A stretch of 63,806 nucleotides of DNA, filler included, from Octopus bimaculoides (lineage: Eukaryota): assembly GCF_001194135.2 (NCBI RefSeq). It is 7 parts of 6 records of this genome, joined end to end, with 100 filler letters (N's around TTAATTAATTAA, not from the genome) between each part and the next. Parts side by side here need not be neighbours in the genome. Positions count along the whole stretch, not along the records: positions 1 to 5,796 come from NC_068984.1; positions 5,897 to 11,466 come from NW_026409836.1; positions 11,567 to 32,093 come from NC_068994.1; 4 more parts are not named here. One strand, 5' to 3'. Below the pieces are notes generated by a model. It was not told the origin of the DNA. It was given only the letters and a program-made list of their open reading frames with translations, and did no database searches. Below are positions 1-13,339 of the stretch, piece by piece (the first letter of the stretch is position 1; every line of letters starts with the position of its first letter). Made by a program: the position numbers and the translations under genes.

Positions 1-450
1 TATATATATATATATATGGGAGAATATACAAATAATAACAACAGACGAGGACAGGTGGTGTAAATAACAAAAGTATATATTATGTTGTGTGTGCGTGTGT
101 GTGTGTGTATGTTTGTACCTCACCATCGCGGGCCAGTCGGTGTTGGTATGTATCAGTCCTCGTAATCTAGCTGTTCGGCAAAATATATGGGTAGAATGAG
201 TTCCAGGCTTCAGAAAATCATAAATACTAACGTCCATTTCCTTCGAGTAAACTCTTCAAGGCGGTTCCCCAATATAGCCGCCGCACGCCGATGATTGAAA
301 CAAGTAAACGATAAAAGAAAAGATAGCTACGCTCGCGCCTGCACAAAAGCACACACACACAATATATTTACATATATGCATACATACATGCATACAAATA
401 TACATTTATGTATGCATGCATGTATGTATGTATGTATGATTGTATGTATG

Positions 451-501
<51 letters not shown>

Positions 502-1421
502 TGTATACAAAACTAGATCATGACTAAGAATATAGCTGTATAACGAAAATAGAACAAAAGAGGAAATGGGGCTTGTGAGAAGTTTTTTCGTCTTCATTCG
601 CTCTTTTATTTCATTATTTCTTTCCTGCACGTCAGACGACCATAAGGCAATCTACTATAGAGCATAGAAGAATGACATTTTAGTTGGAAAAAGATTTCGT
701 AATAAAGAATCAAATATATATCACTGCTAAACTTTCTTGACAACGACAATTGAACAATGAAGACTGTATATTCTAAATTGTGAAAATGATAGATTACTAT
801 TTGATATAAACCTCGTAAATTGGAGAAAAAAACCAAGTAGTTCAAAGTTCATTTTGTAACAGAAAGTTTAAAAATATACATGTGCATTGTTATGAGTGAA
901 TTAATTGCTAAAGATTCTCAATTCAAAATGACAGTATGAGTTTGAGAATAAGAAGAGGATCGTTAAGATGATCGTCTATTTCATATTGTTATTTATAAAG
1001 TCTAATATCGCTTTTTATTATGCGGTATATTGCGAAGCGAAAAGCAGAATTGTTATAATATTTGAATTGAAGACCACACTTTTCATTACTATTTTTGGTG
1101 ATTACCAGTACGAGAATGAAAAGATGTATTCTCTTCGCAATTCAACCAACTTCTGTGCTGGGTCACATGGACTTTGTCATCGCACGAAATTAACCTTCGT
1201 CTTCGTTTATTATGGGTAGAAAAAAAAAAAAAAGAAAACGGTATCCTAATACATTGAATTTTATTCCTGCTACTTGTAAGTATGTGCATTGTAAATAATA
1301 TTAATTATCACATCCCGTTTGACTTGGATGCGTTGCGTTCAATGCCGTAGACTGCGGTAATAGTGCTAAGAAATCCACTCGTCTAGATGGGCTTATAGCA
1401 GTGTTAATATACGCTATAGAT

Positions 1422-1636
1422 AAGGTAGCGAGCTGACGAAATAGTTAGCACCTCGGGCAAACTGATTAGCGACATTTCGTCAGTCTCTACGTTCAGAGTT
1501 GAAACTCTGCCAAGGTCGACTTTCCTTGTCATCCATTTGGGGTTGATAAAATAAGTACTAGTAGAGCACTGGGGTCGATGTAATCGATTTACTGCTCCTC
1601 TGAAAATGTCGGCCTTGTGCCAAAATTTGGAACCAA
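1422..1636 (+). mobile_element. tRNA-derived SINE, family M (Meta/MESC-like body)
   Basis: Head AAGGTAGCGAGCTG..GTTAGC, body GGTCGACTTT..CATCC..GGGGTTGATAAAATAAGTAC, tail GGCCTTGTGCCAAAATTTG; matches the other copies in the window. Confidence 0.75.
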
Positions 1637-2994
1637 TATACGTTGTAGACGTGCTGGTTTCTTTGATAGGGTAATTAAAAATATGTGAAGCAATAGTAAA
1701 ATGTGATCACTGCATACATAGGGGATTTTGATTTAAAACTTTTTGCGTTATACATAGCTTTTAAATTGGGATGCTATATGTGTAAACTCTTATGATAATT
1801 ACTCTTGTAATTCATTATTTGATTGAAACAAGTGTAGGTGTCACTTGCTTAACTGACTTATACAATGGATTGAATGCTTTTTGTGTTCAATGAAGTAAAT
1901 ATTCCTCGTTGCCTAAATACGATGGATATTCCTTATGCAAGACTGGCTGTTTTCGACATTTTCTTTCCTTTAATATCATCGACATATATACCTTGTACAT
2001 TCTAAATAGTTTTCTTCTAAGCATCTCCGGTATGTTCGTTTTGGAATCACCTCCTTAATGCCGCGCAGTATGATTTAATAGATCTAGCAGCTATTTCAGT
2101 AGATAGAGTAATCGGAAAGAGGTCGTACCAAGGTTCATTGCCACATACACGCTTCTACGCTATATTGACGCATTTCATCGCTCTATAAGCTGCTTTCCTC
2201 ATTACCAGGTCTTGTTCACCCGCTTCCTTTCTTTCTCTTTTGCTCACGTAAACCGACTTGCATATAGCAGCGAGGGTAGACGCATAGAAAATAAATTACA
2301 AGAGTAGTCATCTTAAGAGTTCACACATATACCATCCCAATATATAGAAAAATCTAACCATTGTGTTAATGTTGTTGATTGTGTTAGTTCGTTACATATG
2401 AAGTGTTTTCATTAAATTTTGCGGTTAAGAAAGTAGACTATGGAAGTGGTTGATAACAGATGTTTTGAGTTCAAGTTTCAAGTTTTAGAGGTAGTCTGGC
2501 GTATTTTTGCCTGGAGAACGTTAGGAACTAAATATTTCCTTTCATTTATAAATGAGATTGTGTATACGTTTTAATATGTCTAAAAAGGTCATAGTGGTAT
2601 AGATTAAAGGAGATAGAAAGAGGACCGATACTATGACACTCCATCTGCAAAATCACAAATTCTGTACTTGTTCTTCATGTATAGTCCACAGACTTGGCAA
2701 TCAGAAACAAACTTTGCAGATTAACGTTTGGTGTATGACGAGCGCTTCGGTAAAACGGTCATACTTTGGCAGCAAACTATGAAATCTCTGTTCCAGTGAT
2801 GTTAACAATAGTTAACATTTTAGTTAAGGTTGTTTTGTAAAATCCATAAGGTATTTGGTATGAAGATTTGTAAGTAGTCTGGTTGATTGCAATGGTTGAG
2901 ATTGGCGTTGTCAGTTCAAAGGGATATGTGTTAATTTACTTCCTTTAACGTCTTCTGCATAAGACGTTAATGTGATTTTATGCACACATATACA

Positions 2995-3059
<65 letters not shown>

Positions 3060-3252
3060 GTGTTTGTGTGTGTGTGCGTGTGTGTTTTATCTACAGATGT
3101 TGGTTCGAGTTCGACGGGTGAGCTTCGATTTTCTTTATTCGAAAAGGATTTTCAACCCAGTACTTCCTTGTTATTGTGTATAGCATTACATAGGTTTCGT
3201 TTCATATACATAGATAGATAGATACCAACAGATATATGTAGGTGTATGTATG

Positions 3253-3286
<34 letters not shown>

Positions 3287-5840
3287 TCCATCCACACATA
3301 TACATACACATAGATACATACATACATACATACATACATACATACATACATACATGATTGTTCGTATGGCTATTCAAGCTGTTCATCAGAGTACGAGTTT
3401 TCGATATGACTCGGTATGGCTTTGGAATTCTGTTGCCATAAATTTCCTCTTCCAAATTCTGGTAACTAATATCAACAACCACAACATTTATATACTAATC
3501 TGAGAACGAAATAAAAATAGTATGTACAATGTAATTGCAAAAAAAAAAAATCAACAATTTAAACCTTAAAATAAATACCATTGAACGATAAAAATTCTTC
3601 TTTCGAATCTAAACATTCTAAGTAAAGGAAATAATTTCGTTACCAAAGGCAAACTATTTATATGTTCAGTGTCTGTCAAGCAATGACGAAAGCAATTACT
3701 TGAGCTAGAACATAACAGCTATATACATACAAGTGATAAATCAGTCATCAAGCAAAGAGAATTGGACATGATGTTTCGATACATGCAGAGTTATGTGGAA
3801 TATAAACATGTCATCGTGAAGAAGAACGTTAAAGAATGTTTTACATACTGAAGCCACCAACAAATAATAAAAAGAAAAAAAATTGTGCATATACAGAAGA
3901 TTAGTGCTAACAGAATTACGAGCAACTCTTTCAAATACGGCAACGACAGAAACAAAAACCTAACAATATATGAAATTTTATTGTCTTTATACGTAAGTAC
4001 ACGTATGTGTGTGTGTGTATTTGTGTGTATATGTGTGTGTGGAGGGGATATGTATAAATACACGCACACGCATATAGTATTATACGTCTTCTTTTGCATG
4101 TCACCACATCTAAATATTTGTGTAGAACTCAATTTTACTCCATTCTAATCCAAATAATTTAATTAAACGGTTGTGTTGCTTAATCAATCTTATATACACA
4201 GATATATATATATATATACACAGATACACAGATACACAGATACACATACGCATAGGCACACACAAATACACACACGAATATACATTCTTTTTTAGTGTAG
4301 CATTCCTTGAAACCATTTTCATTCTTGTATATTTTCGTCTCGTAGCACAGTTTACTCTTCTTCATACATGGAATAAAAGTAATTACATACTGTTCAAAAA
4401 CGTAAGGAGAAAAGATTTAATCTACTTAAAGTCAGTATGTTATATATAAAAACGATTGTTTTACTCCTACCTTCTGTATTAATCGTTATCATAGCGCTTG
4501 GAGAAAAGATTCAAATCCTATTAAGATTTAGCAATATACTATATTATCTTCTTCCTGAAGATTTTTGATATCTACATATATCAACGCTACAGAGTACCGG
4601 TCATAATCGACAACGTTTACTTGTTTACAGGATACACTAGGCAAATGCGAATTCTATGTGATTACCTACCATGCAGCTACTTTTCAATGAAAATCCACGT
4701 TATGCATTTATACACGATTTATCAGCAGAAAATCACTTGGTTTTGCTAACTTATATGCATGAGTTTCCGGGACGGAACAAAGCCCAACATATTTAAGACC
4801 TAATAGAGCGTTCTGTAATAGATGAGTTTAATGGATTTAAGTAAAATGTTAAATATAGTGGATTTAAGTAAAATGTAAATTAAAAATAAGGCATGTATTT
4901 AATGGGAGAATGAATTGAAACGATAATTTCAGAGATAGTTTCACCACCAAACTGGACAAATTCGTTTTATTAAAATGTTTTGTATCGAGGAAAATCTTTT
5001 CAATTTTAGATCTTATTTGTTTGGATGAAACCTTATATTTGCACCAAGAATACTTTCAGAGAGATAATGGGGGGGGGGACAAGAAAATAGTGGATATAAA
5101 TACACTTGGGAATCTGAAAAATAATGTTGATTTGATATCACGTAATCAGATAGTAAATATGTTTGGCTGTGATAGAATACATTTGTTTTATTATAAATAT
5201 AACAATCCCTTAACAGAGCATGAAGTAATTATTTTGCAACTGCGATAGCGTGTTTATGAATTACAACATGTTGTTTTCAGGAAATATATTTATGATGATT
5301 GATACTTAAAATTTGATACATCTTGCGGGGAGTATTTTAATACTAATGGGCAGAATGAAAACACAAATACCCACGCATATAGACATATACATAGAAATGT
5401 ATATCTACAATAATAAATTTCGTCTTTTATTTATATTATATATGTATAAATGTGTATGTATAAATGTATATGTATATATATAGGTAAGTGGTAGGTTTGC
5501 CTCGATCCTTCAGGGGTAGTCTGAAGCATCCAAGCAACCAGGGGATGTTTAAATCCTTAGGCACTCCTAGGGATCACCTGTATGGGTACCGTCTTGGGAA
5601 GAGGGCGTCCAGAGGCAGGTAATATGTTGCTTAAACCGTAGTTTATGTATTTACTTGGAGAATGGAGCAACAAATACAAGAAAAAGCATTTTCGTTGGAC
5701 TAGATAGCCGTTGTTTTATTATGTGGAGCTTGTGAAATGAGTCAGTGTGGAGGTTTAAGTTATGTAATGAGTCATTTTGTATATTATGTCTTAGTCNNNN
5801 NNNNNNNNNNNNNNNNNNNNNNNNNNNNNNNNNNNNNNNN

Positions 5841-5852
5841 TTAATTAATTAA
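5841..5852. other. Artificial six-frame-stop linker inside 100-bp gaps (also 11511, 32138, 35794, 50570, 59323)
   Basis: TTAATTAATTAA flanked by 44 N on each side, repeated identically six times. Confidence 0.9.
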
Positions 5853-5978
5853 NNNNNNNNNNNNNNNNNNNNNNNNNNNNNNNNNNNNNNNNNNNNATAC
5901 ATACATACATACATACATACATACATGTAAGCATACCCACACATACACATAAACATAAATAAATACATACATACATAT

Positions 5979-6267
5979 GTTGTTTGTTCCTTCTCGAGCC
6001 ATTTCTGGCTCATAAGGGCCAGTTTCCAAGTTTCATTGGCGTATAGGTCCCTCACCTGGACGGGACGCTGGTCTGTCACAGGTGAGCTGCTAGGTGCAAG
6101 AGTAAAGAGTGAGAGAAAGTTGTGGTGAAGGAGTCAGCAGAAGTTCACCATTTCTATCTGCCAGAGCCACGTGGAGCTTAGGTGTTTTGCTCACAAACAC
6201 ACACATTGCCTGGTCTGAGATTCGAACCCACAAGTCCGCTGCCCTAACCACTAGGCCATGTGCCTCC
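5979..6267 (-). mobile_element. tRNA-derived SINE, family O head with an alternative tail
   Basis: On the minus strand it begins GGAGGCACATGGCCTAGTGGTTAGGGCAGCGGAC..GGTTCGAATC (A and B boxes). It shares the CACCTAA(A)GCTCCACG..CTTTCTCTCACTCTT body with 36521-36828 and 63020-63316. Confidence 0.75.
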
Positions 6268-6788
6268 ACATACATACATACATACCGTCCAACCCATGCT
6301 AGCATGGAAAGCGGACGTTAAACGATGATGATGATGATGATGATGATACATACATACATACATGAATATTTATGGATGCATTCTTCCATACATAAATATA
6401 TATGTATGCATACATACATACATACATACATACATATACACATATGCACATCACATGTTTACACACACATAATAATCCTACACATGCATATACTTACACA
6501 TTCTCGCACACACACACACACATACACACACACACATGCCTTCACATCTGTTGATTTAATAAATCATTTCGAATATTAAGAGGTATTAAGATATATTCAT
6601 CCTTCGTTTCCTGTCTCCGATTGGATGTTGTGACAGTGTGATAGCAAGAGATTTCTGGGTAGTGGTGGTGGTAATGGTGGTGGCAGCGGCATAGATATAG
6701 ATTAAGTACTGGGTGTGGGAGAGAGTGGGGGGGGGGTTCAGTTGATGAAATGGTAGGGTAAGGTTTCTAGTTCATACCACAGCAATGT

Positions 6789-7232
6789 CTTTTATCTTTT
6801 ATCATCTCTTACTTGTTCCAGGTTTTGGACTGTGGCCATACTGCAGCACTGCTTTGAAGGGTTTTAAGCAAGCGAATCGACCCCTGTACTTGTTTTTTTT
6901 TTTTGTTTTTTTTTTTTCAAAACCTGGTGCTTATTCTGTCAGTCTGTTTTGCTGAACCACTAAGTTACAGGGATATAAACCAACCAACACCAGCTGTCAA
7001 TCGGTGTGTGGTGTGGAGAAGCACACGCAAACGCACACATGCACACGTATATATATATATTTTATATACACACAACGAGCTTTCATAATAGTTTCCGTCT
7101 GCCAGATCCACTCACAAGGCTTTGGTCAGTCTGGAGTTTTAGTAGAAGATACTTACTTGTTCAAGGTGCCATGCAGTGGGACTGAACCCAAGGTCACATG
7201 GTTTGGAAGCAAGCTTCTTAACCACACAGCCA
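6789..7232 (-). mobile_element. tRNA-derived CORE-type SINE, family C
   Basis: Reverse copy of the family seen at 8029-8485, with the same internal AC/AT tract and the GAACAAGTAAGAGA tail. Confidence 0.75.
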
Positions 7233-7305
7233 AATCTGTATATTTATGTGTATGAGAATAAGAATTCCATGAGTATAAGAATTTATACTCATGGATACGC
7301 GACTA

Positions 7306-7355
<50 letters not shown>

Positions 7356-8028
7356 TATTAAACTTGCCAAGCATATCCGACTTTCCCAATAATTTCAGGA
7401 TGATATCAACTGAACAATTCACATTTGTTTCTGCTCCCCCTCTCTACCTCTCTTCTCTCCCATCCCCCCACTTTGCCCGTCCCCCTCTCTCCCTCCCCAC
7501 CTGCTCTCACTCTCTCTCACCCCCCCCTCTCTCTCATTACCCATACTTTTTATATCCAAACATTGTCTCTTTGTTTCAACAATATATGTTACAGAAAGCT
7601 ACAAGTGTTCGCAGCATTCACCTCATCTTTAGGAAACGAGATAAAAATCTTCAGTATCAACCTGGTTCATCATCTCTGAAGATCAGCTTAATCCTAAAAA
7701 AAACCACACTAGAATCTTGTTATCAACGCTTTACAACATTTTACATATATAACCCTTTAGCTGCTGTATTTCTGGCTCCATGCCTGTTTTAACATGGTTT
7801 CTACAACTGGATGTCCTTCCTAACATACATACATTAGTCTTTGTTTCATGCATTCTAAGTATTATAAAACTTTCCCCAAAAAATGGGAACATGTATCATA
7901 TACAATGCACGAATGCCAGGGAGATATGACCTGTGTATCAAATATGATATACAGGATAATCAAGGATTTAATTTATCAAAGTTGCTGATGGTGAAGTTAA
8001 CTGCAGAAAGATTTCTTTGAAATAATCT

Positions 8029-8203
8029 AGTGGCTGTGTGGAGGCGCAGCAGTGGCTGTGTGGTAAGTAGCTTGCTTACCAATCACATGGTTCTGGGTTC
8101 AGTCCCACTGCGTGGCATCTTGGGCGAGTGTCTTCTACTATAGCCTCGGGCCGACCAAAGCCTTGTGAGTGGACTTGGTAGACGGAAACTGAAAGAAGCC
8201 CGT

Positions 8204-8264
<61 letters not shown>

Positions 8265-8485
8265 GTGTGTGTGTGTGTGTGTTTGTGTCTGTGTTTGTCC
8301 CCCTAGCATTGCTTGACAACCGGTGCTGATGTTGTTATGTCCCCGTCAGTTAGCGGTTCAGCAAAAGAGACCGATAGAATAAGTACTAGGCTTACAAAGA
8401 ATAAGTCCCAGAGTTGATTTGCTTGACTAAAGGCGGTGCTCTAGCATGGCCGCAGTCAAATGACTGAAACAAGTAAAAGAGTAAA
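8029..8485 (+). mobile_element. Full-length tRNA-derived CORE-type SINE, family C
   Basis: AGTGGCTGTGTGGTAAG A box, GGTTCAGTCCC B box, CORE-like CATCTTGGGCGAGTGTCTT, internal (TA)n(TG)n tract, tail GAAACAAGTAAAAGAGTAAA. Confidence 0.85.
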
Positions 8486-8521
8486 CTAGATGAGCTCCCC
8501 AAGGTGTTAGTGTTTCATCAT

Positions 8522-8735
8522 AAGGCAGGTGGTGTGGGTTGGCAGAACCAGTAAAGCATCAGAAAAAAATACCTTGTGGTATTTGTTCTTGTGCTTCATA
8601 ATCTCAGTTCAAAACCTACCAAGGTCAACTTTGCCAGTCAATAAAATAAAGTACCTCCGATGCACTGGGGTTAATGTAATCAATTCATACACCATCCTCA
8701 TCTGATAACATTACTGGCCTTGTGTCCAAAATGTG
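8522..8735 (+). mobile_element. Degenerate family M SINE
   Basis: Recognisable GGTCAACTTTGCC, AATAAAATAAAGTACC and GGCCTTGTGTCCAAAAT blocks. Confidence 0.55.
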
Positions 8736-8831
8736 TCTATTTCTTCTTAAATAGATTCTGGAACATTCGAATGTGAGTATTTCATCACTTGTTTGTTCAT
8801 CATCAGCGAACATCTCCTCCTCCCTTCAGAT

Positions 8832-9417
8832 CAGTGGTTCTCAACCAGGGTCCCTATAAGAATATTGGAAGTCCATGACACAAAACAGTAAATTGGGGAT
8901 CCACAATAATATTTTAAGGGCTCCTGAAAAAAATGTTGCTTTAGATGTATGTATTGGTATATATTTATTTCTTTACTGCCCACAGGGGACTAAACATAGA
9001 GGGGACAAACAAGGACAGAGAAAGGGATTAAGTCAATTACATCAACCCCCAGTGCGTAACTGGTACCTATTTAATCAACCCCGAAAAGATGAAAGGCAAA
9101 GTCGACCTCGGTGGAATTTGAACTTAGAACGTAACGGCAGATGAAATACCGTTAAGCATTTTGCCTGGCGTGCTAACGATTCTGCCAGTTCGCCACCCTT
9201 GCATTGGTATATATTGCATGAAACAGCTAGGTTTCTTTCTCTGACATTTTACATAGTTAAACATACACAAGTTACTGTGTGAAAAACAAGATGGGAGTTC
9301 TGAAATAAACATCTATAAAACTAGTTTTTAAACATAGAATGGCCTTGGGGATCCACTAGAATAAAATAATAATCAAAAGAGCCCATAGGTAAAAAAAAAA
9401 ATGGTTGAGAATCCCTG
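8832..9417. mobile_element. hAT (Charlie-like) MITE containing a nested SINE
   Basis: TIRs CAGTGGTTCTCAACC / GGTTGAGAATCCCTG; 8-bp TSD CTTCAGAT / CTTTAGAT. Confidence 0.8.
8966..9202 (-). mobile_element. Family M SINE inserted in the hAT MITE
   Basis: Full head, body and tail; 13-bp TSD ATTGGTATATATT at 8953-8965 and 9203-9215. Confidence 0.85.
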
Positions 9418-9877
9418 CTTTAGATGATGTGTATTCATAACATACCTGATTCACAGGTTCACCACTGTAAGGAGACTTCATAGTTTTGGCCTCATTGTAT
9501 GTCTCCTCAGTCAAAGCTACTCCACTGGACTGATGAATCTAAATGAGAGTACAGCTCTAGTTTATTGGAATCGGCAAACAAATTATATGGTGATGCATGC
9601 AGATGTCTGCCAAACAGATGATAATTCATGTGATGTATGTAGAACAACGAGAATCCATACAATAACATATATATTCATTCTGGCAGAATGTATTATCTGT
9701 TTGGCAGACAATTGCATGCATCAGCACATTGTTTGTTTGCTGGTTGTTATGAATGAGAGCAATCCGATAATCATGTATGAATCTGCCAGTGCCTGTTAAG
9801 AACGAGTGGATGCATTATCAGTTAGATTCTTGCTGTTCTGCATGCCCCCACCCCCACCTCATGGTTGCTTTTGAAGT

Positions 9878-10250
9878 GGAGGTGTGTGGCTTAGTGGTTA
9901 GGGTGTTAGACTCATGATCATAAGATTCTGGTTTTGATTCCTGGACTGGGCAATACATTGTGTTCTTGAACAAAACACTTCATTTCATGTTGCTCCAACC
10001 TGCTCAGCTGGCAAAAATGTGTAATCCTGCGATGGACCAGAGTCCCGCCAGGTGGGGAATATACAGCGATTCAAAAGTCGTCACACATATTTTTTTTTAT
10101 AAGAAACAGTTTTTTAAATTTAACCATTTCTTATAAAAATATTAATTTTTCCTATGTATGGTGACTTTTGAATCACCCTGTATATGCCATGAAACTGGGG
10201 AACCGACCCTTATGAGTCAGTATGACTCGAGAAGGCAACTTTACTTTTTA
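9878..10250 (+). mobile_element. tRNA-derived SINE with a V-like central domain, interrupted by a MITE
   Basis: Head GGAGGTGTGTGGCTTAGTGGTTAGGG; body CCTGCGATGGACCAGAGTCCCG; tail CCCTTATGAGTCAG..CTCGAGAAGG. Confidence 0.6.
10064..10180. mobile_element. Tc1/mariner-type MITE, 117 bp
   Basis: TIRs CAGCGATTCAAAAGTCG / TGACTTTTGAATCACCCTG, each flanked by TA. Confidence 0.7.
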
Positions 10251-10267
10251 CTTGCCATTGCTTTTGA

Positions 10268-10850
10268 TGTGGCACCAAAACCAGTGAGGTTTTCAAGTAG
10301 CTTGCAAGACAAGCCCCCCCCCCCCCATCAATTGAGGGAATGGAGTGTAGCATTAAGGGGAGAAGTTTTATGCCTGGTGATGAGGGGGTCAAAGCATGAT
10401 ATATAAACAGGAACAGGTGTCTTAGTGTAGAGAGATACATGGTTACTCCTTTCAGAAGAGAGAGAGAGAGAGACAGGATCGTGGTAAAAAACACATCGGG
10501 GTAGCTCCTCAGGTTGGAAAATGAATCTAAGAGAATTTAGTATGAGTAAGTAAGCTTGTAGGAGTGTGAGAAGCACATGTCAGATAGATAGGGGGAATCG
10601 CAGTGAACGAAGAACACGGGTGGCAGCACAGTTAGTGTACTGAGTGAGAGTAAAGTTATTTAATTCAGAATAACGAGGTGTAATCAAAAGAGCTGTATAA
10701 TTTCCACTGTTTTCAGTTTTATCATGAGGCGTTTTCTCGTAATACAAACAAGACCATTTGATTACTCATATTGTAGATTTGTTAAATATTTTGTTGATAT
10801 TTTCCCACCAGTTGGCCCTGCCATAGTCTTTCTCCTCTACTGGTGCCACA
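10268..10850 (+). mobile_element. Probable solo LTR
   Basis: Perfect 10-bp terminal inverted repeat TGTGGCACCA...TGGTGCCACA and an internal TATATAAA near 10401. No TSD found. Confidence 0.45.
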
Positions 10851-11014
10851 AATTCTTTGTACTGAAAACAAAACTATTTCCGATCCTTTGTGTCGTTTCT
10901 CCTGCTATCACATGGTTCTTTATACTTGAATAACAATGTACCCCACCCCACTGCTTCTCTCTCTCTCTAATTAATCTACCTATATATATCTGTATGTGTG
11001 TATGTGTGTACGTA

Positions 11015-11096
<82 letters not shown>

Positions 11097-11161
11097 AGTA
11101 TATATAGGTATATATATTTATGGATATATATGTAAGGGTATGTATCTATGTTTGTAAATAT

Positions 11162-11466
11162 ATCATCATCATCATCATCATCATCATCGTTTAACGTCCG
11201 CTTTCCATGCTAGCATGGGTTGGACGATTTGACTGAGGACTGGTGAAACCGGATGGCAACACCAGGCTCCAGTCTGATTTGGCAGAGTTTCTACAGCTGG
11301 ATGCCCTTCCTAACGCCAACCACTCAGAGAGTGTAGTGGGTGCTTTTACGTGTCACCCGCACGAAAACGGCCACGCTCGAAATGGTGTCTTTTATGTGCC
11401 ACCCGCACAAGCCAGTCCAGGGGCACTGGCAACGATCTCGCTCGAAAATCCTACAGGAGCCAGTCA
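11162..11466 (-). mobile_element. Family N SINE (Nin/Deu-like domain, (GAT)n tail)
   Basis: TGGTTGGCGTTAGGAAGGGCATCCAGCTGTAGAA motif and GGACGTTAAACGATGATG tail on the minus strand. Confidence 0.8.
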
Positions 11467-11566
11467 NNNNNNNNNNNNNNNNNNNNNNNNNNNNNNNNNN
11501 NNNNNNNNNNTTAATTAATTAANNNNNNNNNNNNNNNNNNNNNNNNNNNNNNNNNNNNNNNNNNNN

Positions 11567-11934
11567 TGTTTTATAGGAAAGTGGGTTATACATCATTAGA
11601 TGTATACCTGACTTTCCTATATAAAATTAAGAATATAACGGAACGCTGAACTCCAGACTATCAACACAAACAACATTTATTCAGGTGGTAAATATATACA
11701 TCTTTAGCTCTTGTTTGTTGTTACAGCTTCTGTGTGTGTGAGCATGGTTGTTGGGACGTTGGTATGTAGATGTAAGCGAGCTGTCTAGCGTAAGTTCGAA
11801 AGATGGAGAGAGACAGCTAAACACGTCCATGCTCAATCGCTGGCCAGCAAGAAAGAGAGAGATCAAAGCGGGAAAGCTTGGTATGTTGAATTCCACGCAT
11901 GCGTGAGACTACGCATGCGCACGGCGTTACTACA
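11567..11934 (-). mobile_element. Solo LTR, hairpin-ended family (copy 1)
   Basis: Closely similar to 21123-21517. On the minus strand it runs TGTAGTAACG...AAAACA and carries AATAAA. Confidence 0.65.
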
Positions 11935-12371
11935 GTTTCATAAACTTGCCTTCTGAATATTCTTTATTCACGCCTCTAAGAAATCACTGAAAATGGTTTC
12001 TTTCTATGAACTGTCTTTAAAAGATGCTAACTATACACATTGTTACAACTCGAACACGTTACATATAGAAGACATTCCTTCCAGCTTACTCTGTTACAAA
12101 GTCAAGCTTCTGTACTACTGTTAAATTCATCCTTTTCCTCTTTCTTTCTTTTCCTCCAGACAGCATGGTTATAGAAAATTATGATAATTCAAGCAACACA
12201 TAAAAAGGGGCAAAAACCATGGAGCAATGAGTTACACGTGTTGTTACACTGATGTAAATACAGTGACCGCCCATAGTGCACGGGACTTGCAAATTGAGTT
12301 GGCTGCTCCAGATTTTGTCCGTTGCTTCCAAAATCCGTTAAAGGGGGTCTGTAGTACCGAGGTATGAGTGT

Positions 12372-12431
<60 letters not shown>

Positions 12432-12526
12432 NNNNNNNNNNNNNNNNNNNNNNNNNNNNNNNNNNNNNNNNNNNNNNNNNNNNNNNNNNNNNNNNNNNNN
12501 NNNNNNNNNNNNNNNNNNNNNNNNNN

Positions 12527-12577
<51 letters not shown>

Positions 12578-12825
12578 ATATATATTATATCTTTCCTTAT
12601 AAAATAAGGTCAGGCTCAACAAAGGATTTTTCCTCTGTAATTAGCCTTGACACAAGTATCACTTGAAAAGGTTACAAGGTTAACTATTGATGCTCATAGA
12701 TTTCCAAGTATAAAAACTGAGAATGATAGGAAAAGAACTGGTAGCAAAATGTACGTTCGGTTTCGAATCCAGACTAAGAATCTAGGAAGCTATTCATTAC
12801 ACACGAGCACGCGCGCAACATATAC

Positions 12826-13033
12826 GTGTGTGTGTGTGTGTGTATGTTTGTCCCCAACCAGCTCTAGACAACGTGTTTACGCCCCCACGACTTAGCGGCT
12901 CAGTATAAGAGACCAATAGAATAAGTACCAAGCTTAAAACATACATTATTGGGTCGATTCGTTCGGCCCCAAAAGTTCTTCAAGATGGTGCCCCAGCATG
13001 GCCGCAGTCTAATAACTGAAACAAATAAAAGAA
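12826..13033 (+). mobile_element. 3' half of a family C SINE
   Basis: (TG)n followed by GACCAATAGAATAAGTACC..CCAGCATGGCCGCAGTC..GAAACAAATAAAAG. Confidence 0.7.
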
Positions 13034-13339
13034 TATATATAAATATAATAAATGCGAAAGCGAATGTCAATGTGTCAGTGTGTGACACTTTTTCGACACT
13101 TCTACTATTCCTCGTGCTTTACCCCTTTCTCACTGTTCAGTGACTCTTCTACTATTCTTCATTCTTGGTAGCTCTTTCTGTTTTAAGCCATAACACATGC
13201 TTTATAACTTTGAGAACTGAAAGCTCTTGGACATTTATTAAAGGCTGCACACAATTACTGAAATTTCTTCCTAAAGGTTAGTGCCATTCTACTCTCTAAA
13301 AAATGTTTATCTCTTAATCCTAACATTTTGAAAAAAAAA

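Noticed and set aside
3356-3392. Second hammerhead (minus strand CTGATGAA...GAAC)
   Set aside because: GAAA box incomplete and stem II does not pair; at most a decayed relic.
5797-5896. Palindromic TTAATTAATTAA recurring six times like a regular motif
   Set aside because: Always centred in a 44N+12+44N gap and giving stops in all six frames; a scaffolding linker.
7364-7792. 142-aa Pro/Ser/Leu-rich ORF
   Set aside because: Derives from a CT-rich low-complexity tract; no recognisable domain or splice context.
8029-8110. tRNA genes at SINE heads (also near 6200, 9880, 25175, 36390, 39970)
   Set aside because: A and B boxes are present but run into SINE bodies, with no full cloverleaf.
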